From: Glycera tridactyla
Taxonomy: Eukaryota
DNA length: 64,000 bases
Direction of reading: 5' to 3'
Assembly: GCA_965644265.1 (NCBI GenBank)
Contig: OZ286476.1
Coordinates: forward strand, 18,848,001 to 18,912,000
The notes below the pieces were generated by a model. That model was given only the letters and a program-made list of their open reading frames with translations, was not told the origin of the DNA and ran no database searches. Positions 62,590 to 64,000 of this stretch are shown here, one piece after another (within the stretch, counting starts at the first letter, position 1; every line of letters begins with the position of its first letter). The position numbers and the translations under genes are program-made.

Positions 62590-64000
62590 TCACATAGGAC
62601 TTCATCATCCTGATCTGCGCAAAATATACAATACGCATTTTGAACAAATTCTTTACGGATTACACATTCGGAATCAAACCTGTCAAAGACACGGATATAA
62701 TATGAATACTTGAATGATTGGAAGTCGATATTGGTGAACTGATAAGGTCTATGGTAATCCACGGTTCTATTCATTGATCAAGATGTGAACAACTCAAGGG
62801 GATCGATAACTTAGTGTGATATATATGTCAATTCCGTGTTTTTGCTGTGTATGTGACAAAGGAAACAGAGACAGTGACAGACAGAGACAAACAGAGACAC
62901 AGACACAGACACAGACAGGGGCAGAGATGGAAGGAAGCGTCATACAGTGTATTGTTCCCCATTCTCCATATATCACCTTGAAGGTCAGAGGTGGAATCTA
63001 CAGAATATGGTATGAATTGAGACACGTCATTGCGATCATTACGATCACATCCGAGACACTTTATATGACCTGTATTATGACGTCATAACTCATTTTCGAG
63101 GTCAGCGATATCACAAACATGTCTTAGCAATACACAAATACAATCTGGTCTATAATACGGGTTCAATTTAGCCACATGTTATGCTCAGAGTGTTGATTTA
63201 TATCATGATAAATGTATGTTGTAAATTGAAAGCATATGGCACTTTATTGAAGAGCTTCCATTATGGTGATTAAAGAGAGATTGGCAAAAAACAGCAAATT
63301 GACGGAAGTTGAATGTCCTCACAGCCTGTGGTCACACCAGAACAGGTCACCTTGATCAATCAGTGGTAGATATTTGATCGGCAAAATAGTGGGGTCATAT
63401 TCTGCCATTCATAATTCCATAGTTGATACCAATTACCAATAGTCAGCACCTATATGGTGTCATCGAACAAATTAACTCTATAGTTGGATATGTACTCACT
63501 CTACCAACTGCAAATTTTCCGATGCGATTATCTCATAGATCAGCAACCTACTGCCTTTCACATCACTCATGTTTCATTGTCTCACAATCTGATATGACTC
63601 ATGTTTTTTTTGATCGTCTCATTGAATACACAGACCAATCAACAAGCCGCATAATATAAACAAACAAAAAACGATGTATGTGATCCACAGTCTGTTGACA
63701 CATACCTGGAATACTAGGATGTATGTCTTGAATTTGAATAATGGGTGTTTTCTCTTTCATTGTGAAATTGTCATGTGATGTTCATTTCCGTGTTCATTTA
63801 CACCATGAAGTGTCAAAAGGACATGAATATGAATTATGTTTTTCTCGGTTTCGATACACTTAGCATGAATACATATATGAATACATGTAACACTAAGTTT
63901 ATTTCAAGTGCATATAATGATCATATGAGGAGGAAATAAAAATAGTAATGACAACGAAATGATTCTGCAAATTGAGATCACTTTGAGGTTCATTGAGTAC

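Larger units (their letters stand above)
43273..64000 (+). repeat. Segmental duplication unit 2, main part (runs off the window)
   Basis: Colinear with 2112-19592 and 27761-29238. Confidence 0.96.

Overview
This is AT-rich eukaryotic (probably invertebrate animal) DNA with many microsatellites and 12 N-runs. I could not support any intact host gene. Three layers are visible. (1) An 8.17-kb DIRS1-like tyrosine-recombinase retrotransposon (19593-27760, +). It has 181-bp identical inverted terminal cores, an internal complementary region spelling the circle junction and an intact RT/RNaseH/methyltransferase ORF. Its gag carries four lesions and its recombinase is C-terminally truncated. (2) A roughly 33-kb tandem duplication (unit 1 = 1-~32.8 kb, unit 2 = ~32.8 kb to window end). 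Unit 2 holds the empty DIRS target site, and unit 1 lacks an ~8-kb block present in unit 2. Haplotype mis-assembly cannot be excluded. (3) Inside both units, badly decayed remnants that I read by eye as LRR, transmembrane and TIR pieces of several Toll-like-receptor-type pseudogenes. Five copies of a conserved element sit 3' of these remnants; it ends a reading frame carrying an ITIM-like motif at a conserved TGA. The DIRS structure and the duplication are read directly from sequence; the TLR and ITIM readings are inference and need frameshift-aware profile searches.
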